DNA of 40,341 nucleotides from a virus (Duplodnaviria; Heunggongvirae; Uroviricota; Caudoviricetes): IMG/VR virus record IMGVR_UViG_2619619135_000001, positions 1 to 40,341 of that record; one strand, 5' to 3'. Shown piece by piece: positions 36,735 to 40,341 of this stretch (position 1 is its first letter; each line of letters starts with the position of its first letter). The notes under the pieces were generated by a model. It saw only the letters and a program-made list of their open reading frames with translations, ran no database searches and was not told where the DNA came from. The position numbers and the translations under genes were made by a program.

Positions 36735-37559
36735 ATGTCTCAGAACTTAGATGCAACCGCAATTAATCAAATCCATGCCCTTATATCTGCTCAGGGTGTT
36801 AATGAAATTATCAGTAAGATTGGTGCCGATGCTGTGGTATTGCCTGAGAATTTCCGCATTCATGATCTGGAAAAATTTAATTTAAATCGCTTCCGTTTCC
36901 GTGGTGCGCTTTCCACTGCCAGCATCGATGACTTTACCCGTTATTCTAAAGATCTTGCAGATGAAGGCACCCGCTGCTTTATCGATGCCGATAATATGCG
37001 TGCCGTCAGTGTGCTTAACCTGGGTACTATTGATGAACCAGGTCACGCAGATAACACCGCCACTCTCAAACTGAAAAAGACAGCACCGTTCTCTGCACTG
37101 TTGTCTGTTAACGGCGAGCGTAACTCCCAGAAGTCACTGGCAGAATGGATTGAAGACTGGGCCGACTACCTTGTGGGTTTTGATGCTAATGGTGACGCCA
37201 TTCAGGCAACCAAAGCGGCGGCGGCTATCCGTAAAATCACAATTGAAGCGAACCAGACCGCTGATTTTGAAGATAATGACTTCAGCGGCAAACGCTCCCT
37301 GATGGAGTCTGTCGAAGCGAAGACCAAAGACATTATGCCAGTGGCATTTGAATTTAAATGCGTTCCGTTTGAAGGCCTGAAAGAACGTCCGTTTAAATTA
37401 CGACTCAGCATTATCACTGGTGATCGCCCTGTACTGGTTCTGCGCATTATTCAGCTGGAAGCGGTGCAGGAGGAAATGGCTAACGAATTTCGTGATCTGC
37501 TTGTTGAGAAATTCAAAGACAGCAAAGTAGAAACCTTTATTGGTACTTTCACCGCCTGA
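36735..37559 (+). CDS. YfdQ-like protein (DUF2303, from memory)
   Basis: 274-aa ORF; size and order (P-Q-R) match the CPS-53 yfdPQR block as I recall it. Confidence 0.55.
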   Translation: MSQNLDATAINQIHALISAQGVNEIISKIGADAVVLPENFRIHDLEKFNLNRFRFRGALSTASIDDFTRYSKDLADEGTRCFIDADNMRAVSVLNLGTIDEPGHADNTATLKLKKTAPFSALLSVNGERNSQKSLAEWIEDWADYLVGFDANGDAIQATKAAAAIRKITIEANQTADFEDNDFSGKRSLMESVEAKTKDIMPVAFEFKCVPFEGLKERPFKLRLSIITGDRPVLVLRIIQLEAVQEEMANEFRDLLVEKFKDSKVETFIGTFTA

Positions 37560-37686
37560 TTTCATTACTGCAAATGCCCCTGCGGGGGCATTTATGGAAA
37601 CATAATTGACTCAATAATCGCCTAGTGGCGAGGGTTTTCTTTAACCAAAATTCAGCGCGGTGCAGCGCATATACGTGGGGAGCAAA

Positions 37687-38223
37687 ATGTCATTTATTAA
37701 AACTTTTTCCGGGAAGCATTTTTATTATGACAGGATAAATAAAGACGACATCGTTATTAACGATATCGCGGTTTCCCTTTCAAATATCTGTCGCTTTGCA
37801 GGACATCTTTCACACTTCTACAGCGTCGCCCAACATGCGGTGCTTTGCAGCCAACTGGTACCGCAGGAATTTGCTTTTGAAGCGTTAATGCATGATGCAA
37901 CAGAAGCGTATTGCCAGGATATTCCCGCTCCACTGAAACGCCTTCTTCCTGACTATAAACGGATGGAAGAAAAAATAGACGCCGTAATCCGTGAGAAATA
38001 CGGGTTACCCCCGGTTATGAGCACGCCTGTGAAATATGCCGATCTCATCATGCTGGCAACAGAACGCCGAGATCTCGGGCTAGATGATGGCTCTTTCTGG
38101 CCTGTGCTAGAAGGTATCCCGGTAACAGAGATGTTCAAAGTGATTCCACTGGCACCGGGTCATGCCTACGGAATGTTTATGGAACGATTTAAAGAGCTGC
38201 ATAAGATACATAAACAATCCTGA
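37687..38223 (+). CDS. HD-domain phosphohydrolase (YfdR-like 5'-deoxynucleotidase)
   Basis: Seen: HD-domain metal-binding pattern (VAQHAV...LMHDATEAY...D); 178 aa from the internal ATG at 37687. Confidence 0.65.
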   Translation: MSFIKTFSGKHFYYDRINKDDIVINDIAVSLSNICRFAGHLSHFYSVAQHAVLCSQLVPQEFAFEALMHDATEAYCQDIPAPLKRLLPDYKRMEEKIDAVIREKYGLPPVMSTPVKYADLIMLATERRDLGLDDGSFWPVLEGIPVTEMFKVIPLAPGHAYGMFMERFKELHKIHKQS

Positions 38224-38278
38224 CAGCGAAATTAACTAGTGAAATAGTTTTGTAGCAAAAGAAATGAGGTTATCAAAA

Positions 38279-38524
38279 ATGCTTCAAATGCTGACACTTG
38301 AGGAATGGGCTGCAGAAAAATTTAGGAGTAATCCTCCAAGTGTGTCCACATTACGTCGTTATGCTAAGCAGAATTTATTTTGTCCACCGGCAATGAAACA
38401 AGGTCGACTATGGCGAGTGCGTGAGGACGCAGAGTTAGTTGGGGAGTTAGTTACTCCAGTAATCAAGAAACGTGATTCTATTATTCTGCAAAGGATTTTA
38501 GGTAATGGCAGCCAGACCACGTAA
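38279..38524 (+). CDS. xisE: Excisionase
   Basis: 81-aa ORF immediately upstream of and overlapping int; GAGG SD 8 nt before the ATG at 38279. Confidence 0.6.
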   Translation: MLQMLTLEEWAAEKFRSNPPSVSTLRRYAKQNLFCPPAMKQGRLWRVREDAELVGELVTPVIKKRDSIILQRILGNGSQTT

Positions 38525-39632
38525 AAATAATGTTTCAGTCCCAAACTTGTATCCGCTTTATAGCAGAAAAGTAAATAAAGTCTATTGGCGATATAAGCAT
38601 CCAGTGACCGGGAAGTTTCATTCTTTGGGCACAAACGAAGCTGAAGCCATTGCTATTGCCACTGAGGCCAATACACGCCTGGCTGAGCAAAGAACCCGGC
38701 AGATTCTGGCTATCAGTGACAGGATCGCAACCAGCAAAGGAAAAGCAATCACAACGTCAACCTGGTTAGATCGCTATCAAGCAATCCAGGATGACAGACT
38801 GAAAAGTGGCGATATAAAGCTCAACACCTATAAACAGAAAGCCAAACCAGTATCCTTGCTCAGGGAACGAGCAGGAATGAAGTTAATTTCATCCGTTGAT
38901 GTAAGGGATATAGCACAATTGCTTGACGAGTATATCACTGCTGGGCAACCGAGGATGGCGCAAGTAGTCCGCTCCGTTCTAATTGATGTATTCAAGGAGG
39001 CACAACACTATGGGGAGGTCCCTCCTGGCTATAATCCAGCATTAGCGACCAAACAGCCCAGAAGAAAAATTACCCGACAACGGTTAAGCCTTGAAGAATG
39101 GCAAAAAATTTTTGATATCGCAGATGCCAGTCATCGTTATATGGGGAATGCCATGCTGTTAGCACTGGTTACCGGCCAGCGGTTAGGTGATATCTCACGT
39201 ATGAAATTTAGCGATATTTGGGATGATCATCTTCACGTCATCCAGGAAAAAACCGGAAGCAAAATAGCAATACCACTGTCTCTTCGCCTGAATGCGATCA
39301 ACTGGAGCCTGAGGGACGTTGTAGCGCGCTGCCGTGATTACGCTGTGAGCCCGTATCTTGTGCACTTCTTTCGCGCGACTTCTCAGGCAGAACGAGGGGC
39401 GCAAGTAAAGTCGAACACTATAACAATGAACTTCAGTAAAGCACGCGATAAAGCGGAAATAGATTGGGGTAATGGCACGCCTGCCACTTTTCACGAACAG
39501 CGCTCATTAGCAGAACGACTATACGAAGCGCAGGGAATTGATACGCAGAAATTGTTGGGGCATAAATCACCAAGTCAGACCGCTCGCTATCATGACGATC
39601 GGGGAAAAGGATGGACCACAATTGCAGTTTAA
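38505..39632 (+). CDS. intE: Tyrosine integrase (icd-targeting, e14 IntE-like)
   Basis: 375-aa ORF with a C-terminal catalytic region (HVIQEKTGSKIAIPL ... LLGHKSPSQTARYHDD); synteny with xis, and icd is the integration site. Confidence 0.8.
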   Translation: MAARPRKNNVSVPNLYPLYSRKVNKVYWRYKHPVTGKFHSLGTNEAEAIAIATEANTRLAEQRTRQILAISDRIATSKGKAITTSTWLDRYQAIQDDRLKSGDIKLNTYKQKAKPVSLLRERAGMKLISSVDVRDIAQLLDEYITAGQPRMAQVVRSVLIDVFKEAQHYGEVPPGYNPALATKQPRRKITRQRLSLEEWQKIFDIADASHRYMGNAMLLALVTGQRLGDISRMKFSDIWDDHLHVIQEKTGSKIAIPLSLRLNAINWSLRDVVARCRDYAVSPYLVHFFRATSQAERGAQVKSNTITMNFSKARDKAEIDWGNGTPATFHEQRSLAERLYEAQGIDTQKLLGHKSPSQTARYHDDRGKGWTTIAV

Positions 39633-39696
39633 AAAGTTTAAATAAACTATCAAAATTCAGGGTATATATGCGTTTTCAAATACATCCCCTGATAAA

Positions 39697-40341
39697 TTAC
39701 TCAACATAAACATATTTAGAAGCAAACCAAATCATCGGCTTTCCGTTTACACCCTTATATTTATCGTTGAAATTAGCATCTGTCTCCGTAGCGGAAAAGG
39801 TTATAAAATACATACCGGGCGATTCAACTTTGGCAACATAATTGAGTGTTCGCTCCGCCGATATTGGCACTTTCCATTCATATATTGGTATGTTTTTTTC
39901 ATTTGTATTTGATGCTATATCTTCATATATATTAGGGGTGTAAGTCTTTATGGATTTAACTTTATCACCACGCACCTCAATTGCCCGTATAGACACTGAG
40001 TCATTTTTTAGCTTAATGAATATCGGTTCTGAACCACTATTTTTTATACTCACAACTGGAGTAATATAGTATCCATTAGAAGACTTCGTAAAGGTGGCAT
40101 CAATATTAAAAAATGTTGATTCTGTATTTCTTATTTTCTGCTGAAGTTCAGCATATTCAGCTTCGGCTTTATCTTTCTGATGTAAAGCATCAAATGTGTA
40201 TGCTCCCCATACCAATGTTAGGATGGCGCATAAAGCGATAGCAATATTGTTGAAGTTGCTATGGTTTTGCCAGATATTCCTAGCTTGCCAAGCAAGAACA
40301 ATCACCAATAGCGCTAATAATACCCATCCCACAATAATCAT
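39697..40341 (-). CDS. Membrane-anchored cargo protein, possibly 5'-truncated by the window edge
   Basis: ORF runs to the last base of the window; two N-terminal hydrophobic helices then an Asn/Lys-rich soluble domain; AT-rich; no HExxH motif, so not Lit. Confidence 0.4.
   Translation of the reverse strand: MIIVGWVLLALLVIVLAWQARNIWQNHSNFNNIAIALCAILTLVWGAYTFDALHQKDKAEAEYAELQQKIRNTESTFFNIDATFTKSSNGYYITPVVSIKNSGSEPIFIKLKNDSVSIRAIEVRGDKVKSIKTYTPNIYEDIASNTNEKNIPIYEWKVPISAERTLNYVAKVESPGMYFITFSATETDANFNDKYKGVNGKPMIWFASKYVYVE

Noticed and set aside
39697-40341. Lit (EF-Tu-cleaving metalloprotease) homologue expected next to int by analogy with e14
   Set aside because: The ORF lacks any HExxH zinc-binding motif and has N-terminal transmembrane helices. 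Lit may lie beyond the window or be absent.
1-40341. tRNA, rRNA or tmRNA genes (a tRNA is often found at prophage att sites)
   Set aside because: The integration site here is the icd 3' end, and no T-loop or cloverleaf-like GTTCRANYC context was noticed by eye. A tRNAscan run would be needed to exclude it formally.

Overview
The window reads as an Escherichia/Shigella-type chromosomal segment carrying host genes ycgX and iraM, the displaced 3' fragment of icd (icdC, 1531-1696, the attR side), and about 38.6 kb of an e14-like prophage integrated in icd that runs to the window end. Unlike the deleted e14 element I recall from E. coli K-12, this copy looks complete. From right to left it contains: integrase and excisionase; a YfdP/YfdQ/YfdR-like module; divergent CI-like and Cro-like repressors; an early region with an iteron-bearing replication initiator, a LexA-DNA-binding-domain-only protein, RusA and a KilA-N protein; a Q-like antiterminator; a lysis cassette (holin, lambda R-type endolysin, Rz/Rz1); an HK97-like HNH-TerS-TerL-portal-protease-capsid head module; a Mu-like contractile tail and baseplate; a Pin-invertible tail-fibre segment; and pinE plus the mcrA restriction gene. 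Several visibly AT-rich morons interrupt this backbone. The most interesting is a two-gene, opposite-strand cassette (26211-28605) wedged between Q and the holin, encoding an NdpA/YejK-like nucleoid-associated-protein homologue and a membrane-anchored protein; I cannot place it in any characterised system and propose it as a candidate defence or exclusion module. Other morons are a cytoplasmic trypsin-like protease with its own terminator, a secreted protein inside the tail operon, an orphan gene beside a GC-rich structured spacer, and an integrase-proximal membrane protein. No CRISPR array, rRNA or tRNA was seen. All protein-family and K-12 comparisons are from memory and by-eye motif matching; nothing was searched or computed beyond reading codons.
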